Source: an uncultured delta proteobacterium
GTDB lineage: Bacteria; Myxococcota; Kuafuiibacteriia; Kuafuiibacteriales; Kuafuiibacteriaceae
Direction of reading: 5' to 3'
Length of the DNA stretch: 64,000 nt
Assembly (NCBI GenBank): GCA_963803435.1
Contig: CAWDML010000008.1
Location: 672,001 to 736,000, forward strand
A program made the translations under genes and the position numbers. This document shows, piece by piece, positions 20,629-30,334 of this stretch (the first letter of the stretch is position 1; each line of letters begins with the position of its first letter). A model generated the notes under the pieces. That model was not told the DNA's origin. It worked only from the letters and a program-made list of their open reading frames with translations, and searched no databases.

Positions 20629-23600
20629 CACGCGTTCGACCCTCCCGGCGGGAGCACGATTGACCGCACGTTGACCGTCCGCTCCAGGTACGGCGCGTCT
20701 TTTCGATCGCGCTCGACGCGGCCGGCGCCGTCGGCGAACAAGGTGTCCGAGTGCACCACGCCGATGGCTCCGGGATGGACACGCATGGTCGCCTGGGCAT
20801 GCTCCACCACCGAGAGGCCCATCGACTGGGCGACCGCGCCGAGGCAGTTCCGCGCCTCGTAGTCGGGCGTATGGCCGAGCTCCGGATACGCAAAGTTGTC
20901 CTCGCCGATCATCAGCGGGTAGCCGAGCGCTGCCGCCTTGTTGAGCGCGTGGCGGTACAGGAGCCGCAGATCCTCGTCCGTCCCGCCGCCGTCCGGCTGC
21001 GGGAAGTCGAGCCAGAGGACCGGGCCTTCGTAGCCGTCGAAGGACCCGTGAAAGGCCTTGAGCAAGCTGCGGTAGCGCTGCTGGTCGCCGTCCATCACTC
21101 GGAGCTGGCGGACGTTGGCGTCGAGGAGGTGGCTCGCCATCGCCCAGTGGCGGCCGTTGGCCAGCCACGCCATCGAGTAGCAGCCGCTGAGCGGCGCCTC
21201 GAGGAAGGCGAGGAAGCTGTCGTCGTCGATCGCGTACTTGCCGCTCTCCGGCGACGCGCCCAGGCCCTCGGTCGCGGCGAGGATCGAACGGGCAGCGTCG
21301 GCGAAGGCCGGGCCACCGATCCGGGTCAGCGCCGGCAGCGCCCGCTCCAGCAGCGGTCGCAGCCCGAGCATCGCGACCGTCGGATCGCCCGGCCTCGAAG
21401 CGACGCCCTGCTGGAGCTCGAGCAGCGCGATCACGTCGCTGACGATGCCCAGGCTCCTCGCCGTGTTCGGGCGATCCTCGTCGTTCTTGTCGAGCTCGTG
21501 GAACTCGGCGATCAGCTCGTCGCGCAGCGCGCTCGCGCTCCTCAGCGACGGCGCGTCCCAGAGGAACGGTCCGTCCGGACCTGCGCCCAGCTCGATACTC
21601 TCGGTCATCGCTAGACCGATCCTCTCGAGCGATCCGAGGAGCGGCGAGAGCTCCGCGGCCGGTTGCGCGGGCTGCTCCGCGAAGGTGACGCTCGTGCGCT
21701 TGAAGTATTCCTGGGCCCAGAGCGCCATCATCGCGAGCAGCGCCTGGTTGGCCGCGCCCTTGTACTTGAGCTCGGGGTACGTCCCTTCGGCTTCGGCGCG
21801 GATCGCCGACAGCAGCTTGGGGCGAAGATAGGCCTGGTCGAAGCCGTCGGCGTTGGAGCCTCCGCTCTTGTAGAGCGCGAGGTAGAGGTTCAGCTGCCTC
21901 GCCACGCGCGCGATGTGCTCGGCCCCCCGTTCGGTGACGCGCCCCTGGGTGAGCTCGAGGAGATCGACGCCTTCCAGCGTACCGGCCTTCGAGCCCTCGC
22001 CTCGATCCCGGATCGGATCGCGCCCGGCCGACAGCCCCTGAGCGATCAGATCGAGGGACGCATGCGCCACCTCGTTGCGCCGGAACGCCACTGCGACGTC
22101 GTCGATCGCCGAGGTCATTGCCCGCGCGGATGAGGTGGAGCGGGCGCAGGCATCGATCAGATCGGTGCGGTTCGCCTCGACCAGCCCGTAAACGAAGTCT
22201 CGACACGCGCGCGCACCCGCGCGGCTCTTGCCGACCCGCTCGAGGCGCTGCTCCACCCACGCCACCTGGCTCGCCGACAGATGCACAGCGGCCGTCAGCG
22301 CGAGCTCGGGTGGGATCGCCGGGTGGGCGGCGCGAAACTTCGAGAGTCGAAAGTCGCCCGCCGCAAGGAGCGTGCGCGCGGGGACGACCTCACTGCGCAG
22401 CAGCTTCTCGGGATGCGCCAGGGAGAGACGCCAGTCGGCCAGGACGCGCGTCATCTGCCGCTCGGGATTGACGCTGATCTGCCCCACACGGTGGGCGAGC
22501 TGGATCGCGGACCGCGCGGTCTCGGTCTGACCCGCGCGATCCGCAGGGGCATCCGCGCGCGCGGCGTCGAGGAGCGCGTACCAGAGGGGGAGGGGATCGA
22601 CGCGGTGCGGGCTCTTCGGATCGACGAGCGCCTCCACGCCGGGCCGACCGTCACCGTCGCGCCCGATCAAGGAGGCGACGTCGACGAGCGGGAGCGTCGC
22701 CTTCACCCTCGCGAGCGCCTGCAACAGCGGCTCCGGATCCTCGACCGCCAGGTGCGCGATGGGCGCGATCATCTGCTCGCGTTTGCTGCCGAGCTCCGGA
22801 TGGCCCGCGATCGCGTCCTTCGCGCGCCTGTATCGCTCCGCGAACGCGACGAGATCCGGGAGCGTCCGTCCGTCGCTCGGGCTGACGACCTCCTCGGCGA
22901 GGGCGCGGAGCAGCGGAGCGTCGCCCTCGGGTCCAGCGGCGAGCGCGACGAAGAGCCGCCACGGCTCGCGCGTGACACCGAGCGCCTCCGGCGACACACC
23001 GCTCAGCTCGACCAGCGACGCGGCCAGATCGGGTCCGGGCGGTCGCTCGGGGTTCGTCAGGCGCAGCCGCTCGAGGGCGATCGTCGCTCCGGGCGAGCCG
23101 GCCAGTGGAAGGACCCAAGCGGCGAGGTTCGGGTTCGGGCTCGAGGCGAGCGACTCCACCGCGCGAAAGAGACCCTCCGGACCGGCGGGGCTGGCCTCGA
23201 TCACCCGGATCAGCGCGCGCGCGAGCGGCGTGTCCCGTCCCGCGAGCGTCGCCAGCAGGGGTTCGCGGAGCGGCGCGGTCGACGCGAGCGATCGCGTCAC
23301 CGCCGACGCCAGCGGATCCGGATCTCCTCGTGCGATCGCCTCACCGAGCAGCTCGGCGAGATGAGAGGCGACGCCCAGCGAGAAGCCCTCGCGCGGGGAC
23401 GCCGCCGACAAGAGACGGGTGACCTTCGACCATGCGCTGCCCTGCTCGAGGAACCCGGCGGGCGTTCGGACGAGATCGGCCTGCTCACTGAGGTTCGGGT
23501 GCGCGGCCAGCGCGGCGCCGAGCCCGGGCGCCGCCTCGAAGCGCTCGATGAGCTCGGCGACGCTGGCCGCGGCCATCTCGCCGACCGACACCTGACCGGC

Positions 23601-24116
23601 GTCCGTCCAGCCGAGCTCCGCCGCGCGGCGTGAGCAGGCGTCCATCAAGGCGGCCACGGTGAGGATGGTCGGGACCAGGCTCTGCTTGTTGGCATTCTCC
23701 TCGAGGAGGCAGCGGAGCGCACCGAGGCTCCTCTCCGAGAGCTCGCTTCGCCGGCTCGGCTCGACCAGGTCGAGCTGCTGGGAGAGGGCGGCGTAGAAGC
23801 GCTTCAGGGCGTCCGCGAGCGGTCGGGTCTCGGCGAGACCAAGCCTCTTCGCGACGAATACGACGGCGGCGGCGTCGCCGATTGCGCCGCTCAGGCTCGC
23901 CTCATGGCGCGCGGCGATCGGAGGCGGAACGCCTGCCCCGATCAGGGCGGCCGCGTCGCTCGCCGATCGCTTGACCGCGTGCACTTCGACGGACGCCTGA
24001 GTCGAGGTCTCGGCGATGCGCGCGCGCCAGCGCTGGACCCGCTCGAGCCACGGTCCACGCCCTCTCGCGGCCTGAGAAACGAGAGACACGTGAGCGTCGA
24101 GTCTACCAGAAGTCAT
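20628..24116 (-). CDS. Large Ala/Leu-rich helical protein with C-terminal Cys...DAN domain; function unknown
   Basis: 1162-aa ORF with stop/start overlaps at both ends; C-terminal part aligns with 24611..26090. Confidence 0.75.
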   Translation of the reverse strand: MTSGRLDAHVSLVSQAARGRGPWLERVQRWRARIAETSTQASVEVHAVKRSASDAAALIGAGVPPPIAARHEASLSGAIGDAAAVVFVAKRLGLAETRPLADALKRFYAALSQQLDLVEPSRRSELSERSLGALRCLLEENANKQSLVPTILTVAALMDACSRRAAELGWTDAGQVSVGEMAAASVAELIERFEAAPGLGAALAAHPNLSEQADLVRTPAGFLEQGSAWSKVTRLLSAASPREGFSLGVASHLAELLGEAIARGDPDPLASAVTRSLASTAPLREPLLATLAGRDTPLARALIRVIEASPAGPEGLFRAVESLASSPNPNLAAWVLPLAGSPGATIALERLRLTNPERPPGPDLAASLVELSGVSPEALGVTREPWRLFVALAAGPEGDAPLLRALAEEVVSPSDGRTLPDLVAFAERYRRAKDAIAGHPELGSKREQMIAPIAHLAVEDPEPLLQALARVKATLPLVDVASLIGRDGDGRPGVEALVDPKSPHRVDPLPLWYALLDAARADAPADRAGQTETARSAIQLAHRVGQISVNPERQMTRVLADWRLSLAHPEKLLRSEVVPARTLLAAGDFRLSKFRAAHPAIPPELALTAAVHLSASQVAWVEQRLERVGKSRAGARACRDFVYGLVEANRTDLIDACARSTSSARAMTSAIDDVAVAFRRNEVAHASLDLIAQGLSAGRDPIRDRGEGSKAGTLEGVDLLELTQGRVTERGAEHIARVARQLNLYLALYKSGGSNADGFDQAYLRPKLLSAIRAEAEGTYPELKYKGAANQALLAMMALWAQEYFKRTSVTFAEQPAQPAAELSPLLGSLERIGLAMTESIELGAGPDGPFLWDAPSLRSASALRDELIAEFHELDKNDEDRPNTARSLGIVSDVIALLELQQGVASRPGDPTVAMLGLRPLLERALPALTRIGGPAFADAARSILAATEGLGASPESGKYAIDDDSFLAFLEAPLSGCYSMAWLANGRHWAMASHLLDANVRQLRVMDGDQQRYRSLLKAFHGSFDGYEGPVLWLDFPQPDGGGTDEDLRLLYRHALNKAAALGYPLMIGEDNFAYPELGHTPDYEARNCLGAVAQSMGLSVVEHAQATMRVHPGAIGVVHSDTLFADGAGRVERDRKDAPYLERTVNVRSIVLPPGGSNA

Positions 24117-24559
24117 CCAGACCGGTCGCCCAAAACGAAGAGGCAGTCCCAGACGGTGGCGTGATTGCGAATCCAGTCGGCGCGCTCCTCGAGCTCGCCG
24201 GTGGAGAGAACCAGCGTGTCGTGCCTCTCCAGGATCCGTCTCACGTCACCCGCTCGGCGATCGAGCGGGTGTCCGTCGAGATCGACCTCCACGGCGAGCC
24301 GGTAGTCGAGCGCGGCGAACGGGCCGAGATACGAGAGCTGGAGCCGGATCGCGCCGATCTCCAGCTCCTCGGAGAGATCGTACTCGCCGCGGGTCCCCGG
24401 TCGGGTCCCCGGGTCGAGGGACTCGAGGTCCCGCACGATGGCCTTCGAGATCACACCCTTCGGGTCGTAGCTCCAGACGACGGACGGGTCTTCCCACGGG
24501 CTCACCAGCGCCCGACGCGGATAGAAGTGTGCGATCGCGCGCTCGACCTCCGGCCTCAC
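24113..24559 (-). CDS. Small hypothetical protein (immunity- or chaperone-like), paralog of 16433..16864
   Basis: Paralogy as above; its stop overlaps the next ATG (ATGA); TAAACT box 6 nt before GTG. Confidence 0.75.
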   Translation of the reverse strand: MRPEVERAIAHFYPRRALVSPWEDPSVVWSYDPKGVISKAIVRDLESLDPGTRPGTRGEYDLSEELEIGAIRLQLSYLGPFAALDYRLAVEVDLDGHPLDRRAGDVRRILERHDTLVLSTGELEERADWIRNHATVWDCLFVLGDRSG

Positions 24560-24610
24560 CCGCGCAGTTTAGCGCGACGCCGGCCGCTCTCACGCCGATA
24601 ATCCCGGGTC
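24560..24610. promoter_or_regulatory. Divergent promoter region with -10-like boxes (probably leaderless on both sides)
   Basis: TAAACT (minus, 24566-24571) 6 nt before GTG 24559; GATAAT (24597-24602) 8 nt before GTG 24611. Confidence 0.45.
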
Positions 24611-26090
24611 GTGGATCTCGGGATCTGGCGTGCGCGCCTCGTCGCCTACCGAGAGGCCACGCTCCCGCCCAGCACCGAGGTCGCGGCGCCCGCGCGCGAC
24701 CCGGCGTTCCCGATCCCGCCGACCTTTCCGCGAGACGGCTTGACCGAGGAGGCTCGCGCCGAGCTCGGCACGCGGCTCCTGGAGGGTGAGGTTCAGGCGC
24801 TGATGGCGTCCGGCGCTGCGATGACCGACGTCGGCCTCCAGGCGGTCTGCGGTCCGCTCGAGAGCTTCTTCGCCCAGGGGCTGGAAGCCGCGACGCGCGC
24901 GACGCCGGGGATCGAATCTCGCCCAGCTCCAGGCGCTCCTCCGGGCAGTGCTCGAGGATCGCTTCGCCGATCATCGCTTCCGCCGCGGCCACGACGATCC
25001 TCAGCTCGCCTGTCTGACCGACGCCCAGCGCGCGGAGTGGATGAAGCCCGTCTCGTATACCTCGGTCTGGCTCGACCCGGACTCGGAGGTGATCTTTCGC
25101 GAGCGCACCCGCGCCGCCGCCCAGCTTGCCGGCACCACGCTCACGGCGCTCGAGAGCGCGTTCGGGTCCGTCGACGACGCTCGGGCCCGTCACCGTGAGG
25201 TGGTGGACGAGCTCCGCGGCATCGACAAGAATGATCCCGCTCGCATCGAGAAGGCGCAGCTGGCGCAGCGGCGCGCGCAGGAGCTTCAGCTGCTGCTCAA
25301 CCTGACCGAGGTCTCCCGGCTCGGCGACCGCGCGGATCCAGCCCGCACCGCGGCGCTGAAGGACTGGTTCCGCAAGCACGAGATCAAGCACAACGCCAAC
25401 TATCTCGCGCCGCTGCAGGAGGTCCTCGAGACCAAGGATCTCCACTACACCAGCGGAGACACCTACGAGGATCCGCCTGCGTCCCAGCGGTTTGCGCTCT
25501 CCGCCGTCGTCTGTCTGCAGTGGCCGGACGCCGCAGTGCTCTCCGAGTGCACCGACGCGAACAAGCACATGATCTGCACGAACAGCGACAAGTACGGCAT
25601 TGTGCAAGGTAGCTTGCGGATCGTCGAACGGTACGAGGGCGCGAAGAAGAAGAGGCCGCTCCTGGTGATGGAGCGAATCTACCCGGACTACGCGATCGAG
25701 GAGAAGAAGCGACTGATCGATCACGCCCTCGAGCGCGCCCGAGCGCTCAGCATGCCGCTCGCGCTCCCGGAGGAGTACTTCTGGGGCTGCGAGCAGTTCA
25801 CCCGGACCGGTCTCGCCGCCGACGGCAAGGGCCAGGACGACGGCGTCCACATCCCCTCGATGGACGCATCGATCGAGGAGCTCGCGAGGAAGCGGTGCGC
25901 GCGGCTCCTCGCAGGGAAGGTGCTCCGGGTGAAGGCGACGATGGGGCCGTACGGCGTCGAGTACATCGATTCGGCGCCCCTCGGCGGGGCGGCGGCGCGC
26001 GGTCAGGCCCAGGCTCGGCGCTACGAGCTCGCCGATGCGTACTACGAGAACCAGTTCGTCGTGCTGATACCGAAGCGCGGCGGCGACTGA
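24611..26090 (+). CDS. Cys...DAN domain protein, shorter paralog of 20628..24116 (frameshift near 24915)
   Basis: Shares RA..E, DKND..R, C...DAN and HAL..A.AL..PL with 20628..24116. Confidence 0.7.
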
Positions 26091-26099
26091 GCGGCGAGC

Positions 26100-28092
26100 T
26101 CAGACCAGCTTTTCGAGCTGCTCGAGGCGGTGCACCGCCTGGAGGACCTGGCCCTTGTCGAAGTTGGGGGCTGGATCGCCCTTCCGGCCGGCGGGAACGG
26201 CGATGTCCTTGTGTCCGACGATGTTTCGGAGCGGGACGTCGTACTTCGCGACGAGGTAGGGCACGAGCTGTCGGAGCGCCTGATACTGCGCCGTCGTGAA
26301 CGGAGTGTGACCGCTCCCGTCGTTGGTGATCTCGATGCCGATGGAGCGCAGGTTGACGTCCGGCACGCCGTGCAGCACCGAATCGCCGGCGTGCCACGCC
26401 TTACGCCCATCGGGGACCAGCTGATAGATGGTTCCGTCCCGTCCGATCAGATAGTGAGCGCTCACCTCGGCGGCCGGGCTTCTGAGCGTCGCCAGATCCG
26501 CGGCGACGTCGTTCGACGCGGTGTGGTGGAGGACGATCGTGTCGATGTCGGTTCCCTCGCGCGACGACTGATTGGGCGAGGGCCTCGAGACGACTCGGGG
26601 CTTGGCGGAGTCGACCTTGATCAGCTCTCGGACCATCGCTCGGAACTGCGCGAGATCGATCGACCCGTCCTTCCCCAGCCCGGGGTGCGCATCCTCGAAG
26701 ACGCGCGAGCCATGCTGAGTGGTCGCGTCGAAAGTTCCGTCGACCTTCGACTGGGGGATGAGGTGCAGGTCGGCCATGACCTGCTCGGTCCTCCGCACGT
26801 CACCCGAGTGCTCGCCGAGGGCCTCCGCAGGGCTGAAGGCGGGGTTCTTGGGATCGGCCACGATGATGCTCTGCGCGAGGGGCGGCCGGGTCTCGGCGTC
26901 GACCGTCCCCGTGGGCTCGAGGCCCGCGCTGGCCTGAAACGTCGCCAACGCCTGGTCAATCGGATCGACGCCTGGCTCACGGGGGACATCGACGAACGCT
27001 TGCGGCGCGAAGCCCGCCGCGGTGAGCTCGTCGGCCAGGGACGGGGACGCGAGATGACCGTCTGAACGCACGACTCGAATTCGCCGTGGCAGGTGCTCGG
27101 CCTTGGGGTCGACCGTGGGCCGGGCCTTGGTCGAGGTCGGCGTATCACCCGGCCCCGGCCGGTCGACCTTCTTCGTCGCGACGGTGCCGTGCGCTCCCAC
27201 GGGCTCGCCGCTGCCGGAGCCCCCGGTCGCAGTGAGGCCGAGGATCGTGGGGACGGCGATGGCCGCAGTCGCGGCGATCGCGCCGGCAATCCGGAGCGGT
27301 CGCCCGATGCTCAGGCGCCACGAAGAGCCCTGCATGCGGAGCTGCTGAACACCGGCGCCATCGCCTCCGCGCGCGGCGAGCGCTGCCGCCAGCTGGTCGG
27401 CCACGGCGTCGGTCAAGAACAGGGCTGCCAACCGCTGCTCCGGCGTCGCGCCGCCGTCCGCCTCGGACCTCGGCTCCGCCTTCGCGAGGTCGACCTCGAG
27501 CTTGGCGACAATCGCGGGCGCGTTGTCGGCATCGATGTGGGGAGGGTCGCCGAGGAGCGGTGCGATCTCGGGGGGCACGATCGGGATCGGCTCCAGGGTG
27601 ACGGCGATCCGCTCGAGCACGTCGAGGAGCGCGCGCTCGACGCTGGTCGCCTTGGCGCCCTTTCCTTCGAGCTCCAGCTCGGCCATCGCCTGCGGAAACG
27701 CCGCCAGCACCTTCGACAGCTCCTCCCCGAACCGAAGCCCGAGGGCGAGGCGCGCCTCGGACGAGAGCGTGCCGACATCCGACGGGTGCAGGCCGTCGAG
27801 CGCGGATCGTGTCTGGCGCAGCCTCGCGTGGAGCTTGCCGTAGGCCTGCTTGTTGCCGCCGGCGACCTGTTCGGTCCGCCCGGCCGACCGCGCGAGAGCG
27901 CCGGCCGCGGACTCCAGCTTGAGGCTCACCTCCTCGGTGCTGAGTCCGAATCCGCGGCGCGGCTCCCGGCGAATCGGGGAGCACGAGCGGCGCGGGATCG
28001 CCCGAGCCGGTGGGCGTCGAGCGGGCCAGCCGTAGGACCTCGGCGAGCGCGGGGTTGGGTTCGGCTCCAGGACGGAAGGGAGGGAAGTCCAT
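26100..28092 (-). CDS. N-acetylmuramoyl-L-alanine amidase (Amidase_2/AmpD-like) with PG-binding repeats and a long helical N-terminus (probable frameshift near 27960)
   Basis: IVLHHTA, SAHYLIGRDG, AWHAG, SIGIE, GHKDIA..RKGDP; FQASAGLEPTGTVD PG-binding repeat; hydrophobic segment IAGAIAATAAIAVPTILGL. Confidence 0.85.
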
Positions 28093-28201
28093 CTCGTCGA
28101 CAGCGTACCCACCGCGTCGGCCGGGCTCCGATTACCGCGAGTTTACAGGGCGAAGGATCCGGGACGCGACGCGGCCGTGCGTCCGTGCGAGGCTCGCGGC
28201 G

Positions 28202-29089
28202 ATGGAGGCAATCCGCAGCTACTTCGACGACGTCTCGCCGTATTCCTACCTCGCGTGGCGTGCGCTCCGACGACGTGACCTCGCGGTTCGGCCCACCCCG
28301 ATCGGGTTCGCGGCGCTGCTCGGGGCCGGCGGACCGCTCGGTCCCGCGGAGGTCCCCGCCAAGCGCACGTTCCTCATCCGCGATTGTCTCCGCCGCGCGC
28401 CCGCCTGGGAGCAGGGCCGCGACCTCTCCGACCTCTCCGTGCTCGAAGACGTGCTCCGCCCGGCGGGCCTCCCCACGGATCCCGCCGTCAAGGAGCGCCT
28501 GCGGAGGCAGACCGACGAAGCGATCGCGCCGGGCGTCTCGTTCGAGGTCGGTGGCGAGATCGTGTGGGGCAGCGCTCGATTCGACGATGGGATCGTGATC
28601 GCCGAGGGCCGCAGCGCGCTCGACGACACCCTGGTCGCGTCGCTCGCGGAGCGCCCGGCCGGAGTGGTTCGCAAGGCGGCTCGGGGGACAATCGATCCCG
28701 CGATCGCCGCCCGCGTCCGCCAGATCTTCGAGAAGGCCAGCTTCGTCCGTAGCCTCGGCATCCGCGTCGAGACGATCGCACCCGGCGTGGTGACCAGCGC
28801 CCTCATCGCCACCGAGTCGCACCTCCAGCAGGACGGTCTCATCCACGCCGGCGTGATCACGACGCTCGCCGATCACACGGCCGGCGCCGCCGCGGGCACC
28901 GGCGCCGAGCGACCACTCACCATCGAGCTCAAGATCAATCTCCTCCGCCCGGCGCGCGGTCCCGAGCTCCGCTGCCGCGCCACGATCCTCCGCGCCGGCC
29001 GGACCATCGCGGTGGTGGAGTCGGAGGTCTTCGACGGCGCGCTGCTGGTGGCGAAGGCGACGATCACCCTGGCGGTGCGCTCGGCGTGA
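28202..29089 (+). CDS. Degenerate HCCA-isomerase/DsbA domain fused to a PaaI thioesterase
   Basis: YFDDVSPYSYLAW..PAEVPAKR N-terminal part with an internal deletion; hotdog motifs QQDGLIHAGVITTLADH and ELKINLLRP. Confidence 0.7.
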   Translation: MEAIRSYFDDVSPYSYLAWRALRRRDLAVRPTPIGFAALLGAGGPLGPAEVPAKRTFLIRDCLRRAPAWEQGRDLSDLSVLEDVLRPAGLPTDPAVKERLRRQTDEAIAPGVSFEVGGEIVWGSARFDDGIVIAEGRSALDDTLVASLAERPAGVVRKAARGTIDPAIAARVRQIFEKASFVRSLGIRVETIAPGVVTSALIATESHLQQDGLIHAGVITTLADHTAGAAAGTGAERPLTIELKINLLRPARGPELRCRATILRAGRTIAVVESEVFDGALLVAKATITLAVRSA

Positions 29090-29922
29090 TCTCCCTGTGG
29101 CCCGCACCTCCCCTGCGCGAGATCTATCGTTCGGCGCGGAGCTATCCGCGCCACACCTTTGTCTATGCGCCTCCCTCGGCCGAGCGACTGGCCCGCGTCC
29201 AAGCGCTCTTCCGCACCGTCGCGGTCTCGCTCGCCCCCGGCCCTCCGCCGCGCGCGCTGGTGCGTCAGGCCAAGGAGGTCGGCTTCGATCTCCTGCGCGC
29301 CGCCGGCGACAGCGGAGACGTCCTCTGGGTCCTCCGCGAGCCCGGAGAGCAGCGGAACGCGAACGGGCTCTATGCCCTCCGCGCGGGCGGATTCCCGATC
29401 TGCGTCCAGGCTCCCCACACCTTCTTCGACGAGGGGAGCGGTCAGGCCGCCCTCGAGCTCTTTCGCGACATGCGGGCGGCCTGCTTCGCCATCAACACCG
29501 TCGACCGGAGGAAGATCGACGTCGCGCACGCCGAGTCGAGCGTGTACCTCTCCGCCACCCTTGGCCTGCTCGAGGCGACGCGCTGGCCCATCATCCAGCT
29601 GCACGGCTTCGGTGAAGGCGAGAAGGTTCCGCCCACCGCGAAGGCGGTGATCTCGAGCGGCTGCGACTCCACCACGCTCACCGCGGCGCTCGAGCCCCTG
29701 CTCGAGCCGTCGTACGGCGAGGTCCTGGTCTATCCGCGAGACACGCGCGTCCTGGGCGCCACCACCAATCGACAGGGCATCGCGGCGCGTGCGGCGTCGA
29801 TCCCTTTCCTTCACCTCGAGATGAGTCGCAACCTACGGCGGACCGTGGCGCAGAACGCCCGCCCGCTGGCGGCCGCGCTGCGCCGAGTGCTGGACGGTCT
29901 TCCGAGCGCCGCCGCGAGGTAG
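29086..29922 (+). CDS. Hypothetical protein, possibly a Zn-dependent amidohydrolase fold
   Basis: QAPH..FD, IQLHGF, FLHLEM; GTGA overlap with the upstream gene. Confidence 0.55.
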   Translation: MISLWPAPPLREIYRSARSYPRHTFVYAPPSAERLARVQALFRTVAVSLAPGPPPRALVRQAKEVGFDLLRAAGDSGDVLWVLREPGEQRNANGLYALRAGGFPICVQAPHTFFDEGSGQAALELFRDMRAACFAINTVDRRKIDVAHAESSVYLSATLGLLEATRWPIIQLHGFGEGEKVPPTAKAVISSGCDSTTLTAALEPLLEPSYGEVLVYPRDTRVLGATTNRQGIAARAASIPFLHLEMSRNLRRTVAQNARPLAAALRRVLDGLPSAAAR

Positions 29923-29938
29923 GAGACGCTGACCGCGA

Positions 29939-30301
29939 TCAGCGCTTCCCACCGAGGTAGCTCAAGGGAAGGAGCGAGAGCAGGAAGGTGGTGTGATACC
30001 AGACCGGGAACTTGTCCCAGAGCACGATGTGCTGTGGGATGAACAGCGCCAGCAGCACCGCACCGGTCACCAGGCGCGCGATCTTCGATCGTCTTGCGAC
30101 GACGGACGTGACCCACCCGGCGAGCAATGTCGCCAGCGCGCCGATGGCGAGTCGCGCGAGCATCATCGGCAGCGTGAAGGTCATCTGAGCAGCGACGGCG
30201 GCGTACTGCGGCCACGACGCCCGCATGACCCAGCCGACCGCCGTGGCGGCGGCCATCCACGCGGCCAGCCCTGCGATGACGCCTAGAATGCTCCTTGCCA
30301 T
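29939..30301 (-). CDS. Small integral membrane protein
   Basis: Four hydrophobic segments, PVWYH motif. Confidence 0.7.
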   Translation of the reverse strand: MARSILGVIAGLAAWMAAATAVGWVMRASWPQYAAVAAQMTFTLPMMLARLAIGALATLLAGWVTSVVARRSKIARLVTGAVLLALFIPQHIVLWDKFPVWYHTTFLLSLLPLSYLGGKR

Positions 30302-30334
30302 GCGTCTCCCCCGCACCTCGTGTCGAGCGAGACT

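Noticed and set aside
20629-22260. 5' extension of the 1797-aa ORF (16867..22260)
   Set aside because: Arg-rich shadow frame overlapping the 20628..24116 gene; the real start is the ATG at 20628, coupled to the upstream TGA.
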